Below the pieces are notes generated by a model that saw only the letters and a list, made by a program, of their open reading frames with translations, was not told the origin of the DNA and made no database searches. The translations under genes were made by a program, and so were the position numbers. From Deltaproteobacteria bacterium (GTDB lineage Bacteria; Desulfobacterota; GWC2-55-46; JADFVP01), in NCBI GenBank assembly GCA_029262515.1, contig JAJCZH010000020.1, positions 65,457-129,456 on the forward strand: 64,000 nt of DNA, given 5' to 3'. Positions 31,936 to 42,401 of the stretch are shown here, in pieces; within the stretch, counting starts at the first letter, position 1, and each line of letters begins with the position of its first letter.

Positions 31936-33381
31936 TCAATTGTACAAACGAGTCTCTACCGGTTCTTCGTCTCTTGAACTTATCGCTTCGACAACGCTCT
32001 CAAAGCCCATGCCGCGCGACGCCTTTACGAGCACGCAATCCCCGTCTTGCAGCAGGCCTTTCAACAAATCTGTCGATGCCTCTTTATCCGCAAAATTGAA
32101 AACAAAGTCGGAAGCGAGCCCGGACAAAAGCGCGCCGCTTGCGACCGTATCCGCCATTGAGCCTATTGCAACCAGAATATCTATGCCGAGTTCCGCTACG
32201 AGCCTTCCGAGAGCTGCATGGGACGCAGCCGCTCCGGGGCCGAGTTCTAACATATCTCCGAGCACTGCGACCTTCCTGCCCGGCAAGAGCGAAAGCGTCT
32301 TCAACGCCGCTTCCATGGAATCGGGGTTCGCATTGTAAGTATCGTCTATGACTCTAATGCCGCCCACCCTGGAGATAACAAGGCGCCCCCTGAGAGGCGT
32401 AAACTGCTCAAGGCCCTCTTTAATATCATCCAATCCGACTCCTAGCGGCAATACCGCAGCAATCGCCGCCGCACCGTTCATCACGTTGCATATTGCCGGA
32501 CTCTTCAGCCTTAGAGAGATCAACTCCCCCCTTATATTATACTCTATATCCACGGCGCCGAGTTCCTCTAAAACCGTATATGATGAAACAGAGACATCGG
32601 ACGGACCGTTGAGACTGAAGCTAACCATTTCGACAGCTTCACCTTCAACAGCTTCGCCGTGCGACTCTTCTCTCCTGTAATCTTCATAAATCTTTCTGAC
32701 CCATTCGTCATCCATATTGACAATACGTATGCAACCCGGTGCAGGGTCGATTAACAGGGCCGACTTCGCACTCGCTACTCCCTCCAGGTCTCCGAGGGTC
32801 TCCAGGTGCCCATGCCCTATATTCGTTATCAGCGCGACATCCGGCCTTGCAATCTCAACGAGCCGTGCCATCTCGCCGGACTCCGAGATACCGAGCTCTA
32901 CAACGGCCGCCTCGGCCGCCTCTTCCAAACGAAAGAGCGTCAGGGGCAGCCCTATTCTGTTATTCTTGTTGCCCTCGGTCTTTAATACCCTCTTTGAGCG
33001 CGACAGTATAAAGGCGACCATCTCCTTGGTTGTCGTCTTGCCGGTACTCCCGCTAATAGCTACAAGCGGTATAGAGTGTCTTGAGCGTATGTACGCCGCC
33101 ATATCGCCGAGCGCTCTCAAGGTATCTTCTACCTTTATAACAACGAGGCCGGCCGGGATATCAACATCAACTACCTCTACCACGACAGCACTCGCACCTT
33201 TTTCCGAGACATTCGTTATAAAAGCATGACCGTCGAAGTTCGGCCCTTTGAGCGCAAAAAAGGCACTGTCCGACACAATAGAGCGCGAGTCGATGGAGAT
33301 ACCATAGACCCTGCACTCGGGATCGCCCGAAACAAGGCTTCCGCGAGTTGCCGCCAATATGTCATTTACACTCAAGTCCAT
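31936..33381 (-). CDS. murF: UDP-MurNAc-tripeptide--D-Ala-D-Ala ligase
   Basis: SGSTGKTTTKE, NNRIGLPLT, DDTYNANPDS, LGDMLELG, KASRGM. Confidence 0.96.
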   Translation of the reverse strand: MDLSVNDILAATRGSLVSGDPECRVYGISIDSRSIVSDSAFFALKGPNFDGHAFITNVSEKGASAVVVEVVDVDIPAGLVVIKVEDTLRALGDMAAYIRSRHSIPLVAISGSTGKTTTKEMVAFILSRSKRVLKTEGNKNNRIGLPLTLFRLEEAAEAAVVELGISESGEMARLVEIARPDVALITNIGHGHLETLGDLEGVASAKSALLIDPAPGCIRIVNMDDEWVRKIYEDYRREESHGEAVEGEAVEMVSFSLNGPSDVSVSSYTVLEELGAVDIEYNIRGELISLRLKSPAICNVMNGAAAIAAVLPLGVGLDDIKEGLEQFTPLRGRLVISRVGGIRVIDDTYNANPDSMEAALKTLSLLPGRKVAVLGDMLELGPGAAASHAALGRLVAELGIDILVAIGSMADTVASGALLSGLASDFVFNFADKEASTDLLKGLLQDGDCVLVKASRGMGFESVVEAISSRDEEPVETRLYN

Positions 33382-33439
33382 CCGTTATCCGCTTCAATAT
33401 GGCGCTATTACATACTGCACTATACGTCACAAATAAAAG

Positions 33440-35011
33440 TCATACCGTAAGTTCCGTCACGGCAGCCCTCAACTCTTCAAGGTCGTCAAAATGTGACCTG
33501 ACGCCGTGTACTATCTGATAATCTTCGTGCCCCTTACCGGCCACAAGCACGATATCGGATCCTGCCGCTATCGACACCGCGTACCGGATAGCCTCTCTTC
33601 TGTCCTCTATAACCGTAAAGCACCGCTTTTTACCTTTGAGCCCTTCGCTGGAAAATGAAGTTAACCTAGGCGCGACCCTCTCTACGTCTTCCAGACCGAT
33701 TATTACCTCTTCTATTATAGCGCCCGGCTCCTCGTCTCTAGGGTTATCGGTCGTAACTATGGTAACGGTTGAATGGCGGGCCGCAGCCCTTGCCATCTCC
33801 GGCCTCTTACCATGATCGCGATTTCCTCCACAACCGAAGACCGTTATTATCCGTCCCTTGCCGACCCGCTCCAGTTCGCTCAATACACGCTCAAGGGCAT
33901 CGCACGTATGGGCGTAATCTACATACGCCCTGAACCTGCCCCCCGGTACCGCTACCGGCTCTAACCGGCCCGGAATCTTCTTTAAGGCTCTAATACCGGC
34001 CTCAATCACCCGGCACTCCACTCCGAGCTGGTACGTTACAGAGAGCGCTGCCAGAATATTGTAAAGGTTAAACTCGCCGATAAGATCGGATTTCACCTCT
34101 ATGGTCGCACGCGGTGTCTTCACGACAGCGGTAATACCGTCATTACTGAGCCGGTACTCGGCGGGGCGCATCTGGGCCTCGGAATCGAGGCCGTAACTGA
34201 GGCTGAACGGAAGCTCGCCGGAGAGCCTGTGTCCCCAGGTATCGTCTATATTTATTACCGGGTCCGTTATAGACCGTTCCTTGCCGGCATTGCCTTGAGC
34301 ATTGCCGGTGCCATCCTCCTTGAGGAGAGAGAAGAGCAGTGACTTGGCCTGAAAGTACTCCTCCATATTCTTGTGGTAATCGAGGTGCTCGTGCGTCAGG
34401 TTCGTGAAGACCGTGGCGCTGAACCTGCAACTCTCTACCCTCTTCTGCTCAAGCGCGTGCGAAGAGACCTCCATAACGCAGTGCGTAACCCCTGCATCTA
34501 CCATTTCTCTCAGAATCCGGTGCAACTCAACCGCACCGGGCGTCGTATGCGTGGCTGCTACCGTCGTGCCGGCATACCTGTAATTAATAGTACCTATGAC
34601 GCCTACCGAAAAACCGGCCTCTTGCAGTATAGACTCAACAAGGTAAGCGACCGTGGTCTTGCCATTAGTGCCCGTAATGCCTACAAGGGTCAAAGACTCT
34701 GAAGGCGAGCCGTAAAACCGGCTCGAAACCGTGCTGAGAGCCTCTCTGGCATCCGTAACAACTACAACGGTAACAGCGCTACTGTCACTAATCAACGAGG
34801 CCGAGCCGGAGTTGTCAGTAATAACTGAGCATGCGCCCTTTTCTACAGCCATTGCGATAAAGTCGTTACCGTTCGCACTCTCGCCTGTAATCGCCACAAA
34901 GAGCCCGCCGGGTACCACACTGCGCGAGTCGCAGTGGATTCCGGTAACCTCTAGGCCGGCCTCACCACTCACCTTGCACTCAAGGCAGCCTATAAGCTCT
35001 TCAAGGGTCAT
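33440..35011 (-). CDS. murE: UDP-MurNAc-dipeptide--meso-DAP ligase
   Basis: TGTNGKTT, MEVSSHAL, VDYAHT, DNPR (mDAP specificity motif), AGKGHEDYQ. Confidence 0.96.
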   Translation of the reverse strand: MTLEELIGCLECKVSGEAGLEVTGIHCDSRSVVPGGLFVAITGESANGNDFIAMAVEKGACSVITDNSGSASLISDSSAVTVVVVTDAREALSTVSSRFYGSPSESLTLVGITGTNGKTTVAYLVESILQEAGFSVGVIGTINYRYAGTTVAATHTTPGAVELHRILREMVDAGVTHCVMEVSSHALEQKRVESCRFSATVFTNLTHEHLDYHKNMEEYFQAKSLLFSLLKEDGTGNAQGNAGKERSITDPVINIDDTWGHRLSGELPFSLSYGLDSEAQMRPAEYRLSNDGITAVVKTPRATIEVKSDLIGEFNLYNILAALSVTYQLGVECRVIEAGIRALKKIPGRLEPVAVPGGRFRAYVDYAHTCDALERVLSELERVGKGRIITVFGCGGNRDHGKRPEMARAAARHSTVTIVTTDNPRDEEPGAIIEEVIIGLEDVERVAPRLTSFSSEGLKGKKRCFTVIEDRREAIRYAVSIAAGSDIVLVAGKGHEDYQIVHGVRSHFDDLEELRAAVTELTV

Positions 35012-35094
35012 ATACTCTTCTTCGGCCCCACTCTTGTGCTACCCAGTGTTCAAAAAACCTAGAACAATGTTAACCATCAACACGATACCGGACG

Positions 35095-37131
35095 TTACCT
35101 GAACCAGACAACCACGTTATCGCCCTCACTGAAACTTCGCCCCTGTGCCGGTTTCTGGTTATAACTCATACCGCTACCCCGAAACTCTACTTCTACTCCT
35201 GCGCTGTTTGCCGCCCTCAAAACCGCTCTCATGCTCTTGCCCTTCAAGTCCGGCAACAACATCTCAAAAGAATCCTTCTGTTTCTTGCCATTCAAGTCCC
35301 TGTGCTCCCGAACAGCACGAGAACCGTCTTTCAAGAGCTTTAAATCCGAACTTGTTGCACTTGCCAGACGAAAACCCGGCCTCGATTTCTTTGCCACGGT
35401 ACCGTCTATCGGGTTGTCCGGAAAGATTCCCATATATGAAAGACTCTGCCCGGCTATGGCCGAAAAGACCGGCCCCGCCACAGTGCCTCCGTGGTAATGC
35501 TTGCCTGTCGGCTCATCGAGCGCAACGTAGATTACCAGCTTCGGGTTCTTTGCTGGAACAAAGCCGAGAAATGAGGCTATATAAACGTCCTTCTGATAAC
35601 CGCCCTTTACAAGATCGGGCTTCTGCGCCGTGCCGGTCTTTCCTGCGACGTCAAACGACCCGGAGGCTGCAAGCACTCCGGTACCGCCGTCTTCGGTTAC
35701 TCCAACCAGCATCCGGGTCACGACCTCTGAGGTCTTAGCGCTTACGACCTTCCTGACTATTGCTGGGTTCGTCTCGCGAACCACCTCTCCCCTCGGATCC
35801 CTTACCGCCCTGACGATGTAAGGACGCATAAGGAAACCGCCATTCGCAATGGCCGAAAGCGCCGTGGTTAACTGAACCCCTGTTGTTGAAATTCCCTGAC
35901 CGAAACTGACCGTCTCTAACGTCACCTTCGACCAGTCCGAGTAATGACTTAGCCTGCCGGACGCCTCACCCGGCAGGTCGAGCCCTGTTTTATCGGCAAA
36001 ACCGAAAGCTAGAAGATACCTGTATAACCTCTCGGGGCCGAGTTCGCGACCCACCTTCAACGAGCCGATGTTGCTTGAGTACTTCAATATCTGCGATACC
36101 GAGAGCCAGCCGTGCTTCTTGCTGTCATGTATAGTGCGATTGGCTACCCTGTACTTTCCGTTTTCGCAATACAGAATATCGTTCGGCCCGACCACACCCT
36201 CTTCAATAGCCGCTGCCATCAAAAAGGCCTTTAGTACGCTTCCCGGCTCACTTACGTCGGTTACACCCTTGTTGCGCCATTTGGCCGGCGTATACTTTCT
36301 ATAATTATTCGGATCAAAGGTAGGCATATTGGCGAGAGCGAGCATCTCTCCGGTATAGGGGTCCATCACAATCGCCATTCCACCCTTCGCACCACTACTC
36401 TCAATAGCACTCTTTAGCTCCTTCTCCGCGATATACTGAATAGTCTTGTCTATCGTGAGTTCAACCCTGAGCCCTTCAATAGAAGTCGTCTTGTCGGCAT
36501 CTTCGTACATAAGAAGCCTGCCCTTTGCATCTCTCTGGCCTTCCACCTTGCGCACCGACCCGCGCAGCATATCGTCGTAATAGAGCTCAAGACCTTCGAG
36601 CCCTACCGAGTCCACACCGGTAAAGCCGATCAGGTTTGAGGCGAGTGAATCGTGGGGGTAATACCGCCGCGCCTCCTTAACAAGGTTGATGCCCTCTATG
36701 GAGAGTATACTCTCTCTCTTTTCACTCGTAAGATCAACCTGCCGCTTGAGCCAGACAAAATCCTTGTTAGAGCTAAGCCGCTTTTCGACCTTACGAGAGT
36801 CGAGCCCGAGCATGCTGGAAAGTTTTCTTGCGGCAGCCCTCGGCGACCTTATAGCCGCCGGTTTAGCATAGACAGAATCAACATCAATACTTACGGCAAG
36901 TTCGCTGCTGTTTCTGTCGTATATCTCGCCCCGCTTCGATCTCACCGTAATCGAGGCTATGTGCTGGTCATCGGCCCTCTTCTTGTACGAGTCGGAGCCT
37001 ATAACCTGAAGATGGAAGGCTCTAAGAAGTATGGCCGCAAAGAGACACAACAGCACCGCGGTAATTACCGCAACGCGAACCTTCAGGTACCCTGCGCCGG
37101 GTTTGACCTTCTTCGCACCTTTGCGCTTCAT
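35095..37131 (-). CDS. ftsI: Septal transpeptidase PBP3/FtsI with C-terminal PASTA-like domain
   Basis: RGEIYDRN, EPGSVLK (SxxK), SSN, KTGTAQK; dcw position. Confidence 0.94.
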   Translation of the reverse strand: MKRKGAKKVKPGAGYLKVRVAVITAVLLCLFAAILLRAFHLQVIGSDSYKKRADDQHIASITVRSKRGEIYDRNSSELAVSIDVDSVYAKPAAIRSPRAAARKLSSMLGLDSRKVEKRLSSNKDFVWLKRQVDLTSEKRESILSIEGINLVKEARRYYPHDSLASNLIGFTGVDSVGLEGLELYYDDMLRGSVRKVEGQRDAKGRLLMYEDADKTTSIEGLRVELTIDKTIQYIAEKELKSAIESSGAKGGMAIVMDPYTGEMLALANMPTFDPNNYRKYTPAKWRNKGVTDVSEPGSVLKAFLMAAAIEEGVVGPNDILYCENGKYRVANRTIHDSKKHGWLSVSQILKYSSNIGSLKVGRELGPERLYRYLLAFGFADKTGLDLPGEASGRLSHYSDWSKVTLETVSFGQGISTTGVQLTTALSAIANGGFLMRPYIVRAVRDPRGEVVRETNPAIVRKVVSAKTSEVVTRMLVGVTEDGGTGVLAASGSFDVAGKTGTAQKPDLVKGGYQKDVYIASFLGFVPAKNPKLVIYVALDEPTGKHYHGGTVAGPVFSAIAGQSLSYMGIFPDNPIDGTVAKKSRPGFRLASATSSDLKLLKDGSRAVREHRDLNGKKQKDSFEMLLPDLKGKSMRAVLRAANSAGVEVEFRGSGMSYNQKPAQGRSFSEGDNVVVWFR

Positions 37132-37475
37132 CTTATATCGACCACCTGCTCCCTTCCCGGATGAACGAGGTTGAGCTCACGAGAGGCTATATCCTCGATT
37201 CGCTCCGGACTCTTCAGTTTTTCAAACTCTATCTTCAACCTCCGGTTCTGCTCAATCAGGTTCACTCTCTCCCTGTTCGCCTTGGAGATGTCATAACCTA
37301 TTGAGACGACCGTTATGCGCGACCAGATGTAACCGCAGAGCACCGTCAAACAGATCGAGGCGAGAAGAACGGAGGTGTATATAAAACTCATGTCACGAAA
37401 ATCGCGCCTAGACTTGACCTTCTGCGACCTTAACGTTCCGGCCGTTCCTGCCTTCCTGCTCGCACTTATTGCCAC
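37128..37475 (-). CDS. ftsL: Cell division protein FtsL
   Basis: Single TM, coiled coil, LKSPERIEDIA..L.L..P; GTG start with GGAGG RBS. Confidence 0.85.
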   Translation of the reverse strand: MAISASRKAGTAGTLRSQKVKSRRDFRDMSFIYTSVLLASICLTVLCGYIWSRITVVSIGYDISKANRERVNLIEQNRRLKIEFEKLKSPERIEDIASRELNLVHPGREQVVDIR

Positions 37476-37571
37476 CCTGCCTCCGGTTAACCGATCACAA
37501 CCCAATAACTTCTACGCCGCCAGCTTCTGTTCCCTTACGCTCAGGCCTATCTCTTCGCTCTATATTTCTTA

Positions 37572-38528
37572 CTATATTTTTTCAATTGCCCTGAGCCTTG
37601 CGCTGCGCGCCTTCGGGTTTGCCTCTACCTCGGTTGTACCGGGCTTTAGGCCCCTGCGCGTTAGGAGCTTTACCGTAGAAAGCCTGCCGCAGACACAGCC
37701 CGGAGCTTTAGGCGGACAGATACAGGGATTGGCCATACGGGCAAAGGCCCTCTTCACGATCCTGTCTTCTAGAGAGTGGAACGATATGACCGCCATTCTG
37801 CCGTCCGTTGCCAGAGACTCGACCGACGCCTCCAGGCCCGCTTCAAGCCCTTCTATCTCTCCGTTTACCTCTATCCTTATGGCCTGAAAGACCTTTGTGG
37901 CAGGGTGAGTCTTACGGCCATGAAACTTCGCCGGGATCGCGCCGACGACTATCTCCGCAAGCCTGCGGGTTCTCTCCACAGGCCCTGTCTCCCGAGCCCT
38001 CGTTACCGCCCTTGCGATACGCGAACTGAACCGCTCTTCACCGTAGAGCCTGAAAATCCTTTCGAGATCTCTCTCGCCGTAGGTATTGACAACCTCATAC
38101 GCGCTCAACTCTGCCCTGTCGTCCATCCGCATGTCGAGCATTGCGTCGTCTCTGAAACTGAAACCCCGTCCGGGCGTAGTAAGCTGGTGCGTGGAGACTC
38201 CGAGGTCGAGCAACACGCCGTCCACCTTCTCAAGCCCCAGGCTCTCCAGGACCGAGCGGATCTCGGTAAAACTCGCTCTTACGATACTGACGCGGTCGCC
38301 ATACGGCTTTAGCCGCACTCTAGCAGCCCCTATCGCATCCGAGTCACGGTCGATACCGATCAGGCGACCGTTCGGCCCGCTCGCTTTGAGTATCTCTTCC
38401 GCATGCCCCCCGCCGCCGAGCGTACCGTCTACGTAGAGCCCGCCGGGTGCGCAACCGAGAAGTTCTATAACCTCGACCGGCATAACCGATTGGTGGGAGA
38501 AACCCGCCTCAGATTCCAAGCCGCTCAA
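37572..38528 (-). CDS. rsmH: 16S rRNA m4C1402 methyltransferase
   Basis: HQSVM, DGTLGGGGH, DLGVS, LDMRMD, FQAIRIEVN, ISFHSLEDRIVK, NPKARSARLR. Confidence 0.97.
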   Translation of the reverse strand: MSGLESEAGFSHQSVMPVEVIELLGCAPGGLYVDGTLGGGGHAEEILKASGPNGRLIGIDRDSDAIGAARVRLKPYGDRVSIVRASFTEIRSVLESLGLEKVDGVLLDLGVSTHQLTTPGRGFSFRDDAMLDMRMDDRAELSAYEVVNTYGERDLERIFRLYGEERFSSRIARAVTRARETGPVERTRRLAEIVVGAIPAKFHGRKTHPATKVFQAIRIEVNGEIEGLEAGLEASVESLATDGRMAVISFHSLEDRIVKRAFARMANPCICPPKAPGCVCGRLSTVKLLTRRGLKPGTTEVEANPKARSARLRAIEKI

Positions 38529-38943
38529 GGGTGCTTACAACCTCGTCCTGCGTGGTATCGGCCTCTAAAATATCCCAGGCCTCTTTAGACCATATCTCAA
38601 CATAGCGCAACGCACCGATAAGCATTACCTCTTTATCGAGCTTCGCGTACTCGCGTATTGCCTGCGGAATAAGTATTCGTCCAAGTTTATCTATGGTGCA
38701 CTCAGTGGCGCTGGAGCAGAAAGTCCGGAGCAGCTTTCTGGAGTCTTTGCTGAACTGTGGCAGGGACAGGACCTTCTCTTCCAACTTCTGCCACTCGGCA
38801 AACGGATAGGCGACGAGACAGCCGTCGTATTTGGTAATAACAAGGCGCGGGTCGTACCGCTCACTCAAGGTCTCGCGGAACCTGGACGGGATAGAGAGCC
38901 TCCCTTTCCCGTCGAGCGTATGCTCAAACCGTCCTCTGAACAT
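38509..38943 (-). CDS. mraZ: Transcriptional regulator MraZ
   Basis: MFRGRFEHTLDGKGRLSIPSRFR, DKLGRILIP, VEIW; start at ATG 38943. Confidence 0.96.
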   Translation of the reverse strand: MFRGRFEHTLDGKGRLSIPSRFRETLSERYDPRLVITKYDGCLVAYPFAEWQKLEEKVLSLPQFSKDSRKLLRTFCSSATECTIDKLGRILIPQAIREYAKLDKEVMLIGALRYVEIWSKEAWDILEADTTQDEVVSTLERLGI

Positions 38944-39106
38944 CTTCTCTCCCAAAACAGTAAAAAAACAGTGCTTAACAACGGAACAAAAAAGCTGTTG
39001 CAAAACAGGCTATTGCACCTTCTAAACTTCACTGCGCAGAACAGAACCTGTCTAACAACGACCCGAAGCAGAAAAAGAACGTGGAACGCGCAAGAGACTT
39101 TTGATC

Positions 39107-39170
39107 CCACTTTATACCACTTCATACCACCATACCGCTCAACTATATTCCTCAGGAGAAAAATTGTCAA
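39107..39170 (-). promoter_or_regulatory. dcw promoter and triple MraZ binding boxes
   Basis: TTGACA(39165-70)-17 nt-TATAGT(39142-47), then GTGG-N6-GTGG-N6-GTGG at 39107-39130. Confidence 0.85.
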
Positions 39171-39408
39171 GCGAAATTTACTGTTTTCTCTGGCAAATCG
39201 ACGTATTATCCGTTTGGAGAGAAGCTTGAACAGTAGGCCGTCCAAAGCCGAGCAGGGCGCAATTGAGGTGCGCCTCCACAGCCTATTTCATACACAAACT
39301 ACTCTATATGGTGTGGAAAAACCGAATGGTGGGAAGGGGTAGTGTTCCGCTAAAAAAGCCCGTCTTTTGTTGAGACGTGATGAGGGAGAGAACAACGCCG
39401 GTTTACGA

Positions 39409-40260
39409 CTACATCGCCTGCTTATCCTGACGCTCTTTTATTATCTTGATCCGCTCGATTATCTGCTCGGCCCTCTTTTTGTACTCTTTGGCATTCGGAT
39501 GCGTCGGATCGAGGCGAAGCACGCTGTCCCACTCTTCGACAGCAAGCTCCATCTCCTCTTTCTGAAAGTACGAGATGCCCTTCTTGAAGTGACGATCCAC
39601 CTGGTGTTCCCGCCCCTTTACCGCACGCTCAAGCAAGCCCTTTGTATCTAGAAATACCGGGAGCAGATCGTTTACCGTATTAAACTCATTAATAGCTTCG
39701 GTGTAGGCCATAGACTCAAGATAGATCTTGCCGCGCATATAGTGAATATTGGCGCCGACCTCTGGATCTATCTTCTTGATCTTCGCAATTTCCTTCCTTC
39801 TCTCTTTCTCTCTCTTCTTCTTCGCCTTCTTGATTTTCTTCTTGACCTTGCGCATCTCTTCCACGGTAGTGATCGGCTCTACCACACCCTCTTCTAGTCT
39901 ATTCAGTTTTCCTTTGACAAGAAGATTAGCCGGGTTGAACTTAAGAGATGTTCTGTACTCCATGATCGCTTTTGGCACTATACCGGCCTTCTCATAATCC
40001 TCGCCAAGTTCCATATGCTCTCTTGACACTTCAAGCGAGAGAGTCCTTACCTTTTTAAGCAGCTTGCTGGCCTTTTTGTGCCCTGGCTCCTGCTCACCGA
40101 TCAACAGCGCCGCCTCGCGGGCCTCCATGATAAAACCCTGCCGCCACAAGAGTTCAGCCCTCTCGTACTTCGAGCCCATAAGAAACTGGGGTGTATACTG
40201 CACGCAACCCGCAATAAAAAGCAGCAGAGTTACTACAGTTACTCTAAGATGCCATGCCAT
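39409..40260 (-). CDS. TPR-repeat lipoprotein
   Basis: Lipobox IAGC; repeated helical TPR-like units ending LKFNPAN, LRLDPTH; Lys-rich linker. Confidence 0.75.
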   Translation of the reverse strand: MAWHLRVTVVTLLLFIAGCVQYTPQFLMGSKYERAELLWRQGFIMEAREAALLIGEQEPGHKKASKLLKKVRTLSLEVSREHMELGEDYEKAGIVPKAIMEYRTSLKFNPANLLVKGKLNRLEEGVVEPITTVEEMRKVKKKIKKAKKKREKERRKEIAKIKKIDPEVGANIHYMRGKIYLESMAYTEAINEFNTVNDLLPVFLDTKGLLERAVKGREHQVDRHFKKGISYFQKEEMELAVEEWDSVLRLDPTHPNAKEYKKRAEQIIERIKIIKERQDKQAM

Positions 40261-41683
40261 CTATAACTATCTTTCTTGTAATCTTTCTAACAACGGTATC
40301 TACTTCGCTCTTCCAGTCGCCTTTGAGTCCCAGAATGCTATAGACCCGAACAGGTCCCTCAATACCTTTTATCATAACCTCTTGCGGCTCGCCAACGACA
40401 AGGTTGCCGCTTACCGACTCGTAAAGCCCGGCGCTTATCATTACTTCATCCGGCCCTGCAATATCCGAGAGGCGCGAAGCGATATTAACTGCAGGCCCTA
40501 CCGCCGTATACTCCATCCTGACACTCGAGCCCATATTCCCTACAATCACATTTCCGGTTTCGAGCCCGACGCCTATACGAAACGGCAGAAGCCGGGCCTG
40601 CTCTCTCGAACCGTTCATCATATCGACCGCCTCTTTAATGGCAACAACCGTCTTTACTCCCTGCTCAAGATGGTTACCCATCTTAACCGGGGAGCCGAAG
40701 ACCCCCATTACAGCGTCTCCTATAAACTTGTCGATCGTTCCGCCAAACTCGGAGACCACTTCTGTAATGAGCGTGAAGTAATCGTTCAGCACCTCAACCG
40801 TCATCTCCGGCGTCATGCGCAGAGAGTGCGAGGTAAAATCCCTAATATCCGCGAAGAAGACCGTAATGTCGCGTTTTTCTCCGCCGAGCCGCACGCTATC
40901 CGGGTCGCGAAGTATCTCGTCTGCCACGTGCGTGCTGACATACCGATTGAAAGCGCCCTTCAACTGCTCTTTCTTCTGCAACTCTTTTGCCATCGTGTTA
41001 AATGAGCCTACGAGTTCGCCTATCTCATCGTGGCTCCTTTTCATTTCTATCCTGTAATCGAAATTGCCCATGGCGATCTCTTTCGTACCCTGAAAGAGCC
41101 TGAGGATCGGCCGCAAAAGGCGTGTTGACAGAGGTATGGAAAGGATCGAAACAAGAAGGATGGCGATAATGGCTATTATGATAACGCTTGTCGTGGCCCT
41201 GCGCACGGTCTGGGCGATAAAGTCTCTGGAGAAGGTTATGGCAGTATAACCTACGATGGTATCCTGAAAGAGGATCGGTGCGGCAAAGGTCAACACGCCT
41301 TCGTCCTCATGTATGAGCCACGGAGGAGGCCCCTCGGCCTCTAGTATCGCATCCCCCCTGCGGTACTCCTTGCCTACATCCTGAAGCCGCATCTGCCCCT
41401 CTATCTCCATGGAATCGTTAAGGACATAGGCGTCAGCAATCCCAGGATACTTCATTATGTTGTCGACCAGCATGTTGAGAGCCAGGCCGTCATTTTGAAG
41501 TATCGGTATCTTAGTGTCGTGGGCGAACTCGTCGGTAATGGTGCCTGCCATGGAGCGCATCTGGTACTCAAGCGAACCCCGCTGGTTAGCAATCATGACT
41601 ATCCCCATCACGGAGGTTGTCACGAAGAGCAATACCGAGAGCACAACGGCAAACTTCATCTTTATGCCGAACTTGATCTTCAT
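40244..41683 (-). CDS. Class III adenylate cyclase (TM-sensor-TM-HAMP-cyclase)
   Basis: FFADIRDFT, IDKFIGDAVM, GNMGS..RMEYTAVG.AVNIASRL; HAMP DEIGELVGSFNTM. Confidence 0.92.
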   Translation of the reverse strand: MKIKFGIKMKFAVVLSVLLFVTTSVMGIVMIANQRGSLEYQMRSMAGTITDEFAHDTKIPILQNDGLALNMLVDNIMKYPGIADAYVLNDSMEIEGQMRLQDVGKEYRRGDAILEAEGPPPWLIHEDEGVLTFAAPILFQDTIVGYTAITFSRDFIAQTVRRATTSVIIIAIIAILLVSILSIPLSTRLLRPILRLFQGTKEIAMGNFDYRIEMKRSHDEIGELVGSFNTMAKELQKKEQLKGAFNRYVSTHVADEILRDPDSVRLGGEKRDITVFFADIRDFTSHSLRMTPEMTVEVLNDYFTLITEVVSEFGGTIDKFIGDAVMGVFGSPVKMGNHLEQGVKTVVAIKEAVDMMNGSREQARLLPFRIGVGLETGNVIVGNMGSSVRMEYTAVGPAVNIASRLSDIAGPDEVMISAGLYESVSGNLVVGEPQEVMIKGIEGPVRVYSILGLKGDWKSEVDTVVRKITRKIVIDGMAS

Positions 41684-41844
41684 CGCTTTACTTTAGGCGC
41701 TAAGCCTCAGAGTAGTTGTATAATTTATATAATATTATAAATACAGAGTATCATATATAATCACAGTAGAACATTAAGGTTAACTGAACATCTGATTAAA
41801 AAAAATTTACCGGTGGATTATAAAAAAAGGAGAAAAAAAGAGTG

Positions 41845-42247
41845 CCGGAGGCTGTCGTAAGCCGGATCCTGTAACCCCGCCGAAGCGGAGCAGCAACCAT
41901 TCATCTAGGCACGCCGTTGCCGACGCGCTCAAGCGACCTACCCGTTCCGCCGCCTTTCACGAAGAGAGAACAAGGGCGGGCAACCCTTAAAACGGAACCT
42001 ATTCGGCCTTGCACCGGGAGGGGGTTACCAAGCCCTGCCGATCACCCGGCAGGCTGGTGGGCTCTTACCCCACCTTTTCACCCTTACCCGCATCACTGCT
42101 CGAAAGCAGCAGCGCGAGCGGTATCTTTTCTGTGGCCCTATCCCTGGGGTCGCCCCCGGTCGCCGTTAGCGACCTCCCTGCCCTGCGGTGTCCGGACGTT
42201 CCTCTGCGGACCGATAACGGCCCGAAGCGGCTGCCTGACAACCTCCA
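41845..42247 (-). ncRNA. rnpB: RNase P RNA
   Basis: Minus strand GAGGAACGTCCGGACAC, GCCACAGAAA, GGTGAAAAGGTGGGGTAAGAGCCCACC, CTAGATGAATGGTTGC, ACAGGATCCGGCTTAC; ends pair (P1); TTGACA-17-TAAAGT upstream; ends approximate. Confidence 0.95.
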
Positions 42248-42401
42248 GCACTTTAAAAACAACCCGTTGCCTTGTCAAGCCGACATAAAAACGAGCTGGG
42301 TAAAACTACCTCAATCACACGAGAACTTGCTGCTACCCTGAAAAAGGCTTGTACCGGAATATCTCCGGCAAGAGACCGTGAAGAGAATCAGATTAGAATA
42401 A

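Noticed and set aside
39299..39314. NrdR-box-like CTACTCTATATGGTGT
   Set aside because: Single imperfect copy and no nrd gene nearby
41917..42341. ORFs overlapping rnpB
   Set aside because: Region is fully explained by RNase P RNA
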